This document shows positions 38,959 through 48,585 of a stretch of DNA of 64,000 nt, piece by piece (position 1 is the first letter of the stretch; every line of letters starts with the position of its first letter). The stretch covers positions 128,001 to 192,000 of the forward strand of contig JBGAML010000007.1 of NCBI GenBank assembly GCA_044223005.1, written 5' to 3'. Under the pieces are notes generated by a model that did not search any database, was not told where the DNA came from, and saw only the letters and a program-made list of their open reading frames with translations. The DNA comes from Candidatus Eiseniibacteriota bacterium. Its GTDB lineage: Bacteria > Eisenbacteria > RBG-16-71-46. Position numbers and translations under genes: made by a program.

Positions 38959-41507
38959 AGCGTCCGGGGCGGTTCGCGGTGTTCGCGCTCGGCGGACTCG
39001 TCGTGCAGGGGCTCCTCGCGAGTGGGGCCCTGTCGGTGCTCCCGGTCGAGTGGCGGATCGTGCTCGCGTTCGCGACGCTGGTGATGCTGCCCGGCTACGG
39101 CTGGTTCGCGGCGATCGGCGCGTCTCCGCCGGGTGGAGCGTGGCTCGCGAGCGGCTGGGCGCTCGGCTTCGGTGTCGCGTGGCTCGGCGTCCAGGTCCTC
39201 GTCACGCGCGCGCTGCACGTGCCGTTCACCCTGCTCGCGACGGCCTCGCTGCTGCCGAACCTGTTGCCCTGGGTCGTGGCGTACCGGACGGCGCCGGCCG
39301 CGCCCCGCGCGGCGGCCGCCGGGGAGCGGCTCCGGGGCCCCGCCCTCGTGGCGGTCCTCGTCGCGGCGCTGGTCGCCGGCGTCCACGTGGCCCGCGTGCC
39401 CACGCCCGTCAGCTACTACACCGATTCGCCCGACCACATCGGGACGATTCGCCGCATGATGGCCGAGGGCGACGCCTTCCCGACGGACGCGTTTTTCCGC
39501 GACGCCGGCCGCGCGGGATCCGATCCGCGCAAGGGGCTCTGGCATCCGGAGGTCGCGACGATCGCGACTCTCGCTCGCGCCGACGCGCTCGATGCGTGGC
39601 GCGTGCTCGCGGCGCTCCTGGCGCCGCTGTTCGCGCTCAACGCCGCGGCATTCGCCTGGCTGCTCGGGGGCGGCGCGGCCGCGGCGGTCGGGGCGTGGGC
39701 ACTCGTCCTGACCTACGGCAGCTCGCTCGCGGCGCCCTACCTGCGCGAAGCGGTGTTCGCCACCAAGCTCGCGGACCAGCTCGCGCTGGCGACCGCGACC
39801 GCGATGCTCGCCGACCTCGACGTGCGCGACCGGCGTTCCCGCGTGGGGGTGATCGCGCTGGGACTCGGCGCGCTCTCGGCCCACGTGTTCGCGTCGCTGC
39901 AGTTCGCGGTCGTCTTCGGTGCGCTGGGTGTGGGCCTGCTCGTCCAGGAACGCGGCTTCGGAGCGCGGGCTCGGCGGCTCGCGGTCACCGCCTCGCTGCT
40001 CGGGCTCGCCTGCCTGCCGTACCTGCTCTTCCGCGCGAAGGGTGCCTACGCACCCGCCAACGTGATCCACACGGAGCCCCAGGGACTGCTCACGCTCCTC
40101 GATGGGGTCCAGGTGGTGTCGTTCGGCGTGCTGTGGGACTGGCTCGGCCGGCTCTGGCTGCTCGCCCCGCTGTCGCTGGTCGCCTGGGGCCGGAATGCGT
40201 CGCGACCGGCGGTGCTCTACCTGCTCACGACGACGCTGGCCGTCGGCACGCTGCTGTTCTTCCCGCCCGTCGTCTCGCTGCTCCAGCCCCGGCTCGGGTA
40301 CCTGCTCATGCGGTTCATCTGGCTGGTCCCGCTGGCGGGCATCGTCGCGTTCGCGGTCGTCTCGCTCGTGCGAGGCGTCGCGCACGGTGGTGGGGCTCGC
40401 CGCGCCCTGTCCGTGCTGGGCCTCGCCGGAGTCGCCGCACTCGCGGCGCCGGTGCTCGGTGATGCTGCCCGTGTGCTCACACATCCGCGCGCCGCGCGCG
40501 AGGCCGACGAGGCCGAGAGCACGCTCCGGTGGCGCGACGAACTCGCGTGGATGGATCGCGGACTGCCGGCCGGAACCGTGGTGCTGTCGGACCCCGCGAC
40601 GTCGTACTCGATCCCGATGATGACGCGCCACTGGGTGACGACGCTCGTGGACCAGCACAGCTCGCCCAACGACTCGCTCGCCCTCGATCGCATCCTCGAC
40701 TCGCGCGACGCGCTCGACCCGGGGCAGCCGTACGCGCGTACGCGCGACGTGGTCCGACGCTGGGGCGCCACGGCGATCGTGCTCAACGACCGTTTCGCCG
40801 AAGCGCCCAAGCTGGACTACTGGGCGCCGCAGCACACATGGTTCCGTGCCGCCCGCGCCCGGCTCGATGCGGCGCCGCAGGCGTTCCCGCGCATCCACGA
40901 CAGCGGGGACTTCGTCGTCTATGGGATCGACGCCGCGGTGCTCGACACGTTGAGCGGGGGGGCGCAGCCGCGGCCGTACGTGCGGCCGTTCGATCCGGCA
41001 CGGGACACCACTGCGCGTCCGGGCGGCCGCAACGGCGCCGACGTGCTCTCGCTGCGGCTGTCCGCACGCTCGGCGCAGCCGGGGGACACGCTGTCGGCGG
41101 TGATCGCGTGGCACGTGCCGCGCCGGCTGCCCGCGGGCAGCTACCACGTCGCAGTCCGGTTCGAGGGCCGCCTGCCCGCGGATTTCTCGGCCCCCGCGTG
41201 GTGCGCGAAGCCGGCGCGCAAGGTCCTCGAGGGCCTGCGCCGCCATCGCTGGCGATTCCGGGACGAGCACCTTCCCGTCGGCGGCGACTACGGCGTGGAT
41301 CTCTGGCGGCCGGACCAGGTGGTGAGCGATTCGTTCACGGTCGTCGTTCCCGGCGACGTCGCGCCCGGACCGTACCGGGTGGAGGTCGTGATGCTGCGGC
41401 AGCCGCACTATCCGATTCTCCGGCTCTCGGACTACTTCTTCGACCGCGACTATTTCTCCGGGGTCGAGGTGGGCCGTCTCGACGTGCGGCCGGCCTCGGG
41501 GCGCTGA
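38955..41507 (+). CDS. GT-C-like polytopic membrane protein with extracytoplasmic C-terminal domains
   Basis: TDSPDH loop, many TMs, LAWMDRGLPAGTVVLSDP segment, Ig-like tail (W..DQVVSD.F.V.VP....PG.Y.V). Confidence 0.6.
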   Translation: MKRPGRFAVFALGGLVVQGLLASGALSVLPVEWRIVLAFATLVMLPGYGWFAAIGASPPGGAWLASGWALGFGVAWLGVQVLVTRALHVPFTLLATASLLPNLLPWVVAYRTAPAAPRAAAAGERLRGPALVAVLVAALVAGVHVARVPTPVSYYTDSPDHIGTIRRMMAEGDAFPTDAFFRDAGRAGSDPRKGLWHPEVATIATLARADALDAWRVLAALLAPLFALNAAAFAWLLGGGAAAAVGAWALVLTYGSSLAAPYLREAVFATKLADQLALATATAMLADLDVRDRRSRVGVIALGLGALSAHVFASLQFAVVFGALGVGLLVQERGFGARARRLAVTASLLGLACLPYLLFRAKGAYAPANVIHTEPQGLLTLLDGVQVVSFGVLWDWLGRLWLLAPLSLVAWGRNASRPAVLYLLTTTLAVGTLLFFPPVVSLLQPRLGYLLMRFIWLVPLAGIVAFAVVSLVRGVAHGGGARRALSVLGLAGVAALAAPVLGDAARVLTHPRAAREADEAESTLRWRDELAWMDRGLPAGTVVLSDPATSYSIPMMTRHWVTTLVDQHSSPNDSLALDRILDSRDALDPGQPYARTRDVVRRWGATAIVLNDRFAEAPKLDYWAPQHTWFRAARARLDAAPQAFPRIHDSGDFVVYGIDAAVLDTLSGGAQPRPYVRPFDPARDTTARPGGRNGADVLSLRLSARSAQPGDTLSAVIAWHVPRRLPAGSYHVAVRFEGRLPADFSAPAWCAKPARKVLEGLRRHRWRFRDEHLPVGGDYGVDLWRPDQVVSDSFTVVVPGDVAPGPYRVEVVMLRQPHYPILRLSDYFFDRDYFSGVEVGRLDVRPASGR

Positions 41508-41512
41508 CGGCT

Positions 41513-42640
41513 GTGCCGGCGGATCGCACGCTGCGGGTCGCGTTCGTCCAGGCCTCGCTCGCCATGGGCGGCGCCGAGCGGCTCGTCGAGCAACTCGTCC
41601 GCGGACTCCCGGCGCGGGGCGTCTCGCCCGTGGTGGTGAACCTCTTCGAGCCCGGCGCGATCGGCGAGCGCCTGGCGGCCGACGGCTTCGAGGTCGCGAG
41701 CGGCCTCGCGCGCTCGCGGACCGATCTCGCGGTCCCGGGGCGGCTGGCGCGGCTCCTCCGCGAGCGGCACGTGGACGCCGTGCACGTGATCGACAGCCCA
41801 CTCCCGCTCTTCTGGATCGGATTCCTGCGCCGGATGGGCGGCGCGCCGCCGTTCGTGCTCGGAGTGCACTCGACGCAGTGGACCGACCACGCGGCGCGGA
41901 GCGCGCTGGCGCTGCGCGTCGCGATCGGAGCCGCGGCCCGCGTGATCGCACTCACGGATGCGCACCGCGACCTGCTCGTGAATTCGATCGGCGTGCCGGC
42001 CCGGTATTGCGTCGTGATCCGCTCGGGCGTCGATCTCGCGCGGTTCGACCCGTCGCTGCCGAGGGCCGATGCGAGGCGGCGGGCCGGGCTGCCCGCGGAC
42101 GGCCCGCTGGTCGTGGCCGTGGCGTCGCTGCGGCCGGTGAAGAACCATCCGCTGCTGCTGCGCGCGTTCGCTCGCGCCACGTCGGGCCACCCGGGTGCGC
42201 GGCTGTTCGTCGCCGGCGACGGACCCGAACGGCCCGCGCTCGAAGCGCTCGCCGCAGAGCTCGGCGTGAGCGCGCGGGCCCACTACGCCGGACTGCGCGA
42301 GGACGTGCCGCTCCTGTATCGTGCGGCCGACGTCGCCGTGCTCGGTTCGGTCAGCGAGGCGCTTCCGGTGTCGCTCATCGAGGCGGGTGCCTGCGCGACG
42401 CCGGTCGTGGCCACTCGCGTGGGTTCGGTGCCCGACGTGGTCGAGGACGGCGTCACCGGCTGGGTCGTGGACTCCGGCGACGAGGCCGCGTTCGCGTCGC
42501 GCCTGGAGGACCTGCTGGAGGACTCGGCCCGGCGCGAGGCGTTCGGCGCCGCGGCCCGCCGGCGCGTGGAAGCGTGCTTCGACGAACGCGTCATGCTGGA
42601 TGCGTTCGTGGATCTGTTTCACGACGTGTCGGGAGCCTGA
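41513..42640 (+). CDS. GT4 glycosyltransferase
   Basis: GGAER, LRPVKNH, AGDGPER, SEALPVSLIEA (EX7E). Confidence 0.9.
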   Translation: MPADRTLRVAFVQASLAMGGAERLVEQLVRGLPARGVSPVVVNLFEPGAIGERLAADGFEVASGLARSRTDLAVPGRLARLLRERHVDAVHVIDSPLPLFWIGFLRRMGGAPPFVLGVHSTQWTDHAARSALALRVAIGAAARVIALTDAHRDLLVNSIGVPARYCVVIRSGVDLARFDPSLPRADARRRAGLPADGPLVVAVASLRPVKNHPLLLRAFARATSGHPGARLFVAGDGPERPALEALAAELGVSARAHYAGLREDVPLLYRAADVAVLGSVSEALPVSLIEAGACATPVVATRVGSVPDVVEDGVTGWVVDSGDEAAFASRLEDLLEDSARREAFGAAARRRVEACFDERVMLDAFVDLFHDVSGA

Positions 42641-42650
42641 GGACAACACC

Positions 42651-44594
42651 ATGTGCGGCATCAACGGCGTCTTCCACTACCGCAGCGGTGAACCGGATCG
42701 CGAACGCGTGACCCGGCAGGCCCACGTGCAGCGCCACCGGGGGCCGGACGACTGGGGGATCTGGGCCGAAGGGCCGGTGGTCCTCGGCCAGCGCCGCCTT
42801 TCGATCGTGGACCTCTCGCCCGGCGGGCACCAGCCCATGGCCAACGAGGACGGCTCGGTCTGGGTCACCTACAACGGGGAGCTCTACAATTGGCCGGAGA
42901 TGCGGCCGGCGCTCGCCGCGCGCGGGCATTCCTTCCGTGGGAACAGCGACACGGAGATGGTGCTGCACCTGTGGGAGGAAAAGGGTCCCGCGCTGCTCGA
43001 GGACCTGCGGGGCATGTTCGCCTTCGCACTCTTCGACACCCGCCAGCGCCGGCTGATGCTGGCGCGCGACCGCGTCGGCAAGAAGCCGCTCTACTACCAC
43101 GACGACGGATCGAGGCTCGTGTTCGCCTCCGAGCTCAAGAGCCTCATGCACGACCCGACGGTGCCGCGCGAGGTGGACGAGCGGGCGATCGCGGACTTCC
43201 TCACCTTCCAGTACGTCCCCGGTCCGCGATCCATCTTCCAGGGCGTGCGCAAGTTGCCCGCGGGGCACCGGCTCGTCTGCGACGCCTCCGGGCCGCGTGT
43301 CGAGCGCTACTGGTCGCTGCCCGCGGCCGCAGACCCCGGCATCGCGCCGGAGGTGGCGGTGGAGCAGCTGCGCGAACTGCTCGCAGAAGCCGTGCGCATC
43401 CGCCTCATGTCCGACGTGCCGCTCGGCGCGTTCCTCTCGGGTGGCATCGACTCGAGCGTCGTGGTGGCGCTCATGGCGCAGGCGAATCCCGGACGCGTGC
43501 GCACGTTCAGCATCGGTTTCGAGGACCAGGACTACAGCGAGCTCGAGCACGCGCGCCGCGTGGCGCAGCACCTCGGCACGGAGCATCACGAGCAGGTGGT
43601 GAAGCCGCGCGCGCTGGATCTGATGCCCCGCCTGACATGGGGCATGGACGAACCGTTCGGGGATGCGTCGATGCTGCCGACCTGGTACGTCGCCGAGATG
43701 GCCCGTCATCACGTCACGGTGGCGCTGTCCGGTGACGGGGGCGACGAGGCCTATGGTGGCTACACGAGCTACGCGTGGGCGCGCGGCTACGCGTGGACGG
43801 ACCACGTGCCGGCGCCTCTGCGGCGATTGCTCGCGGCGCCGGCGCGATTCCTCCCCGCGGAGCACGCGCTCGGGCGCCGCCTGCGGCGCGCCGGGGACGA
43901 CGTCGCCGGGCGGCATCTCGAGATCTCGTCCCACTTCCTGCCGCGGGAGCTCCCGGGTCTTCTCTCGGCGTCGCTGCGGCGTTCCCTCGTGCGCCACGAC
44001 CCGTACCGGGAGGCGCGGGCGATCCACGCGCGGGCCGCGCGCGTGATCGGCGGCGTGCCGGCCCTGCTGTCGCTGGACGCGCAGACGTACATGACGGACG
44101 ACGTGCTCGTGAAGGTGGATCGCACCTCCATGCTCAACTCGCTCGAGGTCCGCGCGCCGCTGCTGGATCACCGCGTGCTCGAGTACGTGGCCCGGCTGCC
44201 GTTCGAGTACAAGCTGCGCGGCGACACGAGCAAGTGGGTGCTGCGCGAGTGCGCGCGGCCGCTGCTGCCTCCCGAGATCCTGGCGCGCGGCAAGCAGGGC
44301 TTCGCGGTGCCGCTCGAACACTGGTTCGGCTCCGATTTCGGCCGGCTCGCGCGCGAGGTCCTGCTCGATCGCCGCTGCCGCGAACGCGGCTGGCTCGAGC
44401 CGGCCGCGCTCGAGCGCGAACTCGCGGGCACGGTGCCGGATCCCGCGCGCCGGGCGCGCCGGCTCTTCACGCTCGTCTGTCTCGAGCTCTGGGCGCAGTC
44501 CTGGCTCGACCGTTCGCGCGAGGCGCTCGCCACGCCCACGAGCGGTCCGCTGGAGCTTCACCCGGCCGTGCGCACGGCGGCGGGGGTGTCGTGA
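42651..44594 (+). CDS. asnB: asparagine synthase (glutamine-hydrolysing)-like amidotransferase
   Basis: MCGI, HRGPDD, RRLSIVDL, NGELYN, LSGGIDSS, SGDGGDE, LEVRAPLLD, KQGF. Confidence 0.92.
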   Translation: MCGINGVFHYRSGEPDRERVTRQAHVQRHRGPDDWGIWAEGPVVLGQRRLSIVDLSPGGHQPMANEDGSVWVTYNGELYNWPEMRPALAARGHSFRGNSDTEMVLHLWEEKGPALLEDLRGMFAFALFDTRQRRLMLARDRVGKKPLYYHDDGSRLVFASELKSLMHDPTVPREVDERAIADFLTFQYVPGPRSIFQGVRKLPAGHRLVCDASGPRVERYWSLPAAADPGIAPEVAVEQLRELLAEAVRIRLMSDVPLGAFLSGGIDSSVVVALMAQANPGRVRTFSIGFEDQDYSELEHARRVAQHLGTEHHEQVVKPRALDLMPRLTWGMDEPFGDASMLPTWYVAEMARHHVTVALSGDGGDEAYGGYTSYAWARGYAWTDHVPAPLRRLLAAPARFLPAEHALGRRLRRAGDDVAGRHLEISSHFLPRELPGLLSASLRRSLVRHDPYREARAIHARAARVIGGVPALLSLDAQTYMTDDVLVKVDRTSMLNSLEVRAPLLDHRVLEYVARLPFEYKLRGDTSKWVLRECARPLLPPEILARGKQGFAVPLEHWFGSDFGRLAREVLLDRRCRERGWLEPAALERELAGTVPDPARRARRLFTLVCLELWAQSWLDRSREALATPTSGPLELHPAVRTAAGVS

Positions 44595-45760
44595 GCGCTG
44601 CGGCGTCCGGGGGCGGCGGCCCTGCGAGTCGCGGCCGGATCTGCCTCTACGTTCCGCTGCTGTACCCGGTCATGAGTGGCGGGCGCGTCCCCGGCGGCGG
44701 TGGCGCCGAAGTGCAGTTCGCGCACCTCGCGCGCGGCCTGGTGCGCCGCGGGTTCGACGTGCGCGTCGTGACCTGCGATTTCGGGCAGCCGCGCGAGGAG
44801 ATCGTGGACGGCGTCCGGCTGCTGCGCGCCTGGCCGCCCAACGCCGGGCTTCCGGTCGTTCGCTTCTTCCATCCCCGTCTCTCGCACGCCGCGGAAGCGC
44901 TCGGGCGGGCGGCCGCGGACGTCTACGTCTTCAAGGGCGGCGGCATGTGGACGGGCTTCACGTACGACCTCGCCCGTGCGCGCGGGGCCGGGTTCGTGTT
45001 CGTCACGGCCCACGACCTCGACGTGACGCGCGGCATGCCCGCGGTACACGGGTGGCGCGACCGGACCTGGTACGCTCGCGCGCTGCGCGGCGCCGATCGG
45101 ATCGTCGTCCAGACGCGCACGCAGCAGCGGCTGCTCGAGGAGAACTACGGCCGCCCCTCGACCGTGATCATGAACCACGTCGAGATTCCGCGGGAGCAGG
45201 CGGCGCCGGCGCATTCGCGCCGCGTGGTCTGGGTCGGCACGTACAAGCCGGGCAAGCGGCCGGAGTGGTTCACGCGCCTCGCGGAACGCCATCCGGATCT
45301 CGAGTGCCTCATGGTCGGGAACCTCCCGCCGCCGCCGCTCACGGATGCCGCCTACCGTGAGGCGCTCGCCGTCGCGGACCGCACGCCCAACCTTCGCGTT
45401 CTCGTGGACACGCCGCACGAACGAATCGGCGAACTGCTGCGCGACGCGGCCCTGTTCGTGCACACGTCACCCGCGGAAGGGTTCCCCAACACGCTGCTCG
45501 AGGCATGGAGCTGGGGCCTCCCCGCCGTGACCTGCTTCGATCCGGACGGCATCCTCGAGCGCGAACGGCTCGGCGAACGACACGACGGTTTCGAGGCGTG
45601 GGAGGGCGCGGTGCTCACCTGGATGGCCGACCCCGCGCGCCGCGAGGCCGCGGGCGCCCGCGCGCGGGACTACACCGCGCACGCGCACGGCTCCGGCGAG
45701 ATCCATGACCGTTACGCCGGGCTGTTCGACGAGGTCATCGCCGCGCGCCGGCGCGCGTAG
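44591..45760 (+). CDS. GT4 glycosyltransferase
   Basis: GGAEVQ, WVG...KRPE, EGFPNTLLEAW. Confidence 0.88.
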   Translation: MSAAASGGGGPASRGRICLYVPLLYPVMSGGRVPGGGGAEVQFAHLARGLVRRGFDVRVVTCDFGQPREEIVDGVRLLRAWPPNAGLPVVRFFHPRLSHAAEALGRAAADVYVFKGGGMWTGFTYDLARARGAGFVFVTAHDLDVTRGMPAVHGWRDRTWYARALRGADRIVVQTRTQQRLLEENYGRPSTVIMNHVEIPREQAAPAHSRRVVWVGTYKPGKRPEWFTRLAERHPDLECLMVGNLPPPPLTDAAYREALAVADRTPNLRVLVDTPHERIGELLRDAALFVHTSPAEGFPNTLLEAWSWGLPAVTCFDPDGILERERLGERHDGFEAWEGAVLTWMADPARREAAGARARDYTAHAHGSGEIHDRYAGLFDEVIAARRRA

Positions 45761-45770
45761 GGCCGGGACT

Positions 45771-47702
45771 TCAGGCGATCGCGGCGTCCGCCGCCACGCG
45801 CGGCGGCGGCGTCCAGGGAATCGAGCGCTCGGGAGCGCGGTCGATCCACTGGCGGTGCCAGAGCTCGAGCGTGAGCAGCGTCCAGAGCTCGCGGCTGCGG
45901 TCGCGGCGGCCGGCGAGGTGGTCCTCGACGTAGCCCCGCAGGATCGCGGGTTCGAAGTAGCCGCGGCCGAGGCACGCGGGCGAGAGCAGCGTGTCGGCCA
46001 GCAGCTCGCGCAGCTCGTTGCGGAACCACGGTGCGAGCGGCACCGTGAAGCCCACCTTGGGCCGGTCGACCACCTCGCGCGGCAGCAGTTTCCGGGCGAG
46101 CCGCTTGAGCAGCACCTTGCCCTCGAGGCCGCGCACCTTGTGCCGCGGGTCGAGCCGCAGGGCCCAGTCGATCAGCGAGTTGTCGAGCAGCGGCACGCGG
46201 GCCTCGACCGACGCGGCCATGCTCATCTTGTCCATCTTGAGCAGCAGGTCGTCGGCCAGCCAGAGCCGCAGGTCCACGTCGAGCATGCGGTCGAGCGAGC
46301 CCCGTGCGGTGCTCTCGGCGAGCGCGTCACGGAACGCCGCCGCGCCGCGGTCGGCGAACGGGCGCAGCGCGGGGCCGAGCAGCCGGTCGCGCTCGCGGCC
46401 GGCGAAGCCCGCGAACCACGCCGCGAGCCGTTCGCCCTCGTCGCGGAACCGCGCGCTGCGCCCCACGACCTGCAGCTTGCGGAAGCGGTACGGCAGCTTG
46501 TCGACGCCGTGGTCGAGGAGCGGGTCGCGCAGCGGGCCGGGCAGCATCGACAGCGTGCGCGCGAGCGGCTCCACCGCGTACTTGGGATAGCCAGCGAAGA
46601 GTTCGTCGCCGCCTTCACCGGTCAGCACGACCGTCACCGTCTGCCGCGCGAGCTGCGTGACGAGGTAGGTCGGGATCGCGGCCGGTTCGGAGACCGGCTC
46701 GTCCTGGTGCCACACCAGCTGCGGCAGTTCGCGCAGCAGGTCGGACGCGCCGACCACGATCTCGCGGTGATCGGTGTGGCAGTGTTCCGCGACCGCGCGC
46801 GCGAACGGCAGCTCGCTGTAGGGCCCGGGCGCATCGAAGCCGACCGAGAAGGTCTGCACCGGCTGGTCGAGCAGCCGGCTCATGAGCGCGACCACGAGGC
46901 TCGAGTCCACGCCGCCCGAGAGCAGCGCCCCGAGCGGTACTTCGCTCATCAGGTGCGACTTCACGGAGGCCGTGAGCCGCGCCTCGACCTCGGCCAGCGC
47001 CTCGTCCTCGCCGAGCTCGATCCGCGGCCCGAACGCCGGACGCCACCAGCGCGTGCACTCCTCGTGGCCGGGCTCGAACAGCAGGAAGTGCCCGGGGGGC
47101 AGCTTCTCGACGCCCTCGAACAGCGTCCGCGGCGACGCGCAGTAGCGCAGCATGAGGTGCTCGGCGACGCCGGCGGGATTCGCGCGCCGCGCCGTGCCGG
47201 GGAACGCGAACAGCGACTTGATCTCGGAGCCGAACACGAACGCGTCGTTGGCGCGCGCCCAGTAGACCGGCTTGATCCCGACGCGGTCGCGCGCCACGAG
47301 CATGCGGCGGCGCGGCCGGTCCCACAGGGCGAACGCGAACATGCCGTCCAGGCGCCGGAGCGCGTCCGTGCCCCACTCCTCGTAGGCGTGGACGATCGTC
47401 TCGGTGTCGCTCTGGGTGCGGTAGCGGTGCCCGCGCCGCTTCAACTCCTCGCGCAGTTCGGCGTGGTTGTAGATCTCGCCGTTGAACGCGATCTGGATCG
47501 AGCCGTCCTCGTTGCCGAGCGGCTGGTGGCCCGTGGCCACGTCCACGATCGCGAGCCGCCGGAACGCGAGTCCGGCGCCCGGTTCGGCCAGGATGCCGAC
47601 GTCGTCGGGGCCGCGGTGCCGGATCGCGCGCGCCGCGCCTTCGAGCCACGCGCGGTCGGGCTCGAGCCCTCCGGGATGATGGAACGCCGCGAAGCCGCAC
47701 AT
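45771..47702 (-). CDS. asnB: second AsnB-like amidotransferase
   Basis: MCGF, HRGPDD, NGEIYN, LSGGVDSS, TGEGGDELFAGY, EARVPLLD, KVGF. Confidence 0.92.
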   Translation of the reverse strand: MCGFAAFHHPGGLEPDRAWLEGAARAIRHRGPDDVGILAEPGAGLAFRRLAIVDVATGHQPLGNEDGSIQIAFNGEIYNHAELREELKRRGHRYRTQSDTETIVHAYEEWGTDALRRLDGMFAFALWDRPRRRMLVARDRVGIKPVYWARANDAFVFGSEIKSLFAFPGTARRANPAGVAEHLMLRYCASPRTLFEGVEKLPPGHFLLFEPGHEECTRWWRPAFGPRIELGEDEALAEVEARLTASVKSHLMSEVPLGALLSGGVDSSLVVALMSRLLDQPVQTFSVGFDAPGPYSELPFARAVAEHCHTDHREIVVGASDLLRELPQLVWHQDEPVSEPAAIPTYLVTQLARQTVTVVLTGEGGDELFAGYPKYAVEPLARTLSMLPGPLRDPLLDHGVDKLPYRFRKLQVVGRSARFRDEGERLAAWFAGFAGRERDRLLGPALRPFADRGAAAFRDALAESTARGSLDRMLDVDLRLWLADDLLLKMDKMSMAASVEARVPLLDNSLIDWALRLDPRHKVRGLEGKVLLKRLARKLLPREVVDRPKVGFTVPLAPWFRNELRELLADTLLSPACLGRGYFEPAILRGYVEDHLAGRRDRSRELWTLLTLELWHRQWIDRAPERSIPWTPPPRVAADAAIA

Positions 47703-47730
47703 CAGCGCGTCCTCCCGAGTCCGGGGCGGA

Positions 47731-48405
47731 TCACGCCAGGCCGAACCGCTTGCCGACCAGGTGCGTGAGGTTGCGCCAGCCGTCGCGCCACTTCTGCAGC
47801 TTCACTTCGCCGATGCGCGCGCCGTACGGGATGTGCGATTCGCCGAAGCGCGCCTTGCGCAGCACGGCCTCGAGCTTGATCTCCTGGCTGAACGGCATGC
47901 CGTCGGACTTGAGCACGAGCCGGGGCAGGAGCGAGCGCTTGAAGACCCACATGCCCGACTGGCTGTCGCCGAGCCCGACGCCGAACAGGATCCGGGCCGT
48001 GAGCGTCAGCACGCCGTTGCCGAGGCGGTTGGTCACGTTCATGGCGCGCGGGTCCGCGAGCGGGAAGCGGGCCGCGGAGAGGAAGTCCCAGTTCTTCGTG
48101 ACCAGCTCGTCCACCAGCCGCTCGATCTCTTCGGGCGGGTAGGTGCCGTCGCCGTCCATCGTGATGATGAGGTCGCCGGTGGCCGCGGCGAGGCCGGCCT
48201 TGTAGGCGGCGCCGTAGCCCGGCGTCTTCGCCTCCACGACGCGCGCCCCCAGCGAGCGGGCGACCTCGGCCGTCCGATCCGTGCAGTTGTTGTCCACGAC
48301 CACGACCTCGTCCACGGCCGCGGGCATGCGCCCGATGACTTCACGCACGCCGTTCTCCTCGTTGTAGCACGGGATCACGACACTGAGCTTGAGGTTGCGG
48401 TGCAT
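47731..48405 (-). CDS. GT2 glycosyltransferase (polyprenol-phosphate type)
   Basis: VVIPCYNEE, VVDNNCTD, GYGAA, MDGDGTYP, DSQSGMW. Confidence 0.9.
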   Translation of the reverse strand: MHRNLKLSVVIPCYNEENGVREVIGRMPAAVDEVVVVDNNCTDRTAEVARSLGARVVEAKTPGYGAAYKAGLAAATGDLIITMDGDGTYPPEEIERLVDELVTKNWDFLSAARFPLADPRAMNVTNRLGNGVLTLTARILFGVGLGDSQSGMWVFKRSLLPRLVLKSDGMPFSQEIKLEAVLRKARFGESHIPYGARIGEVKLQKWRDGWRNLTHLVGKRFGLA

Positions 48406-48585
48406 CGGGGGCGGGTTCCTGGGGGTCGGGGTCGGCAGACGGGGGGACGCAGGAACGTCGAGCGTATCAGAGCCCCGAAAGCCGGGGCAATGCTCGGGCC
48501 GCCGGACGGGGCCCGGCCCGGGTCCGGGGTCGTGCGGGATGCAACGTGGCCGCGCCGGTCCGGCCCCGGGGTGCCCGAAGGGGCG

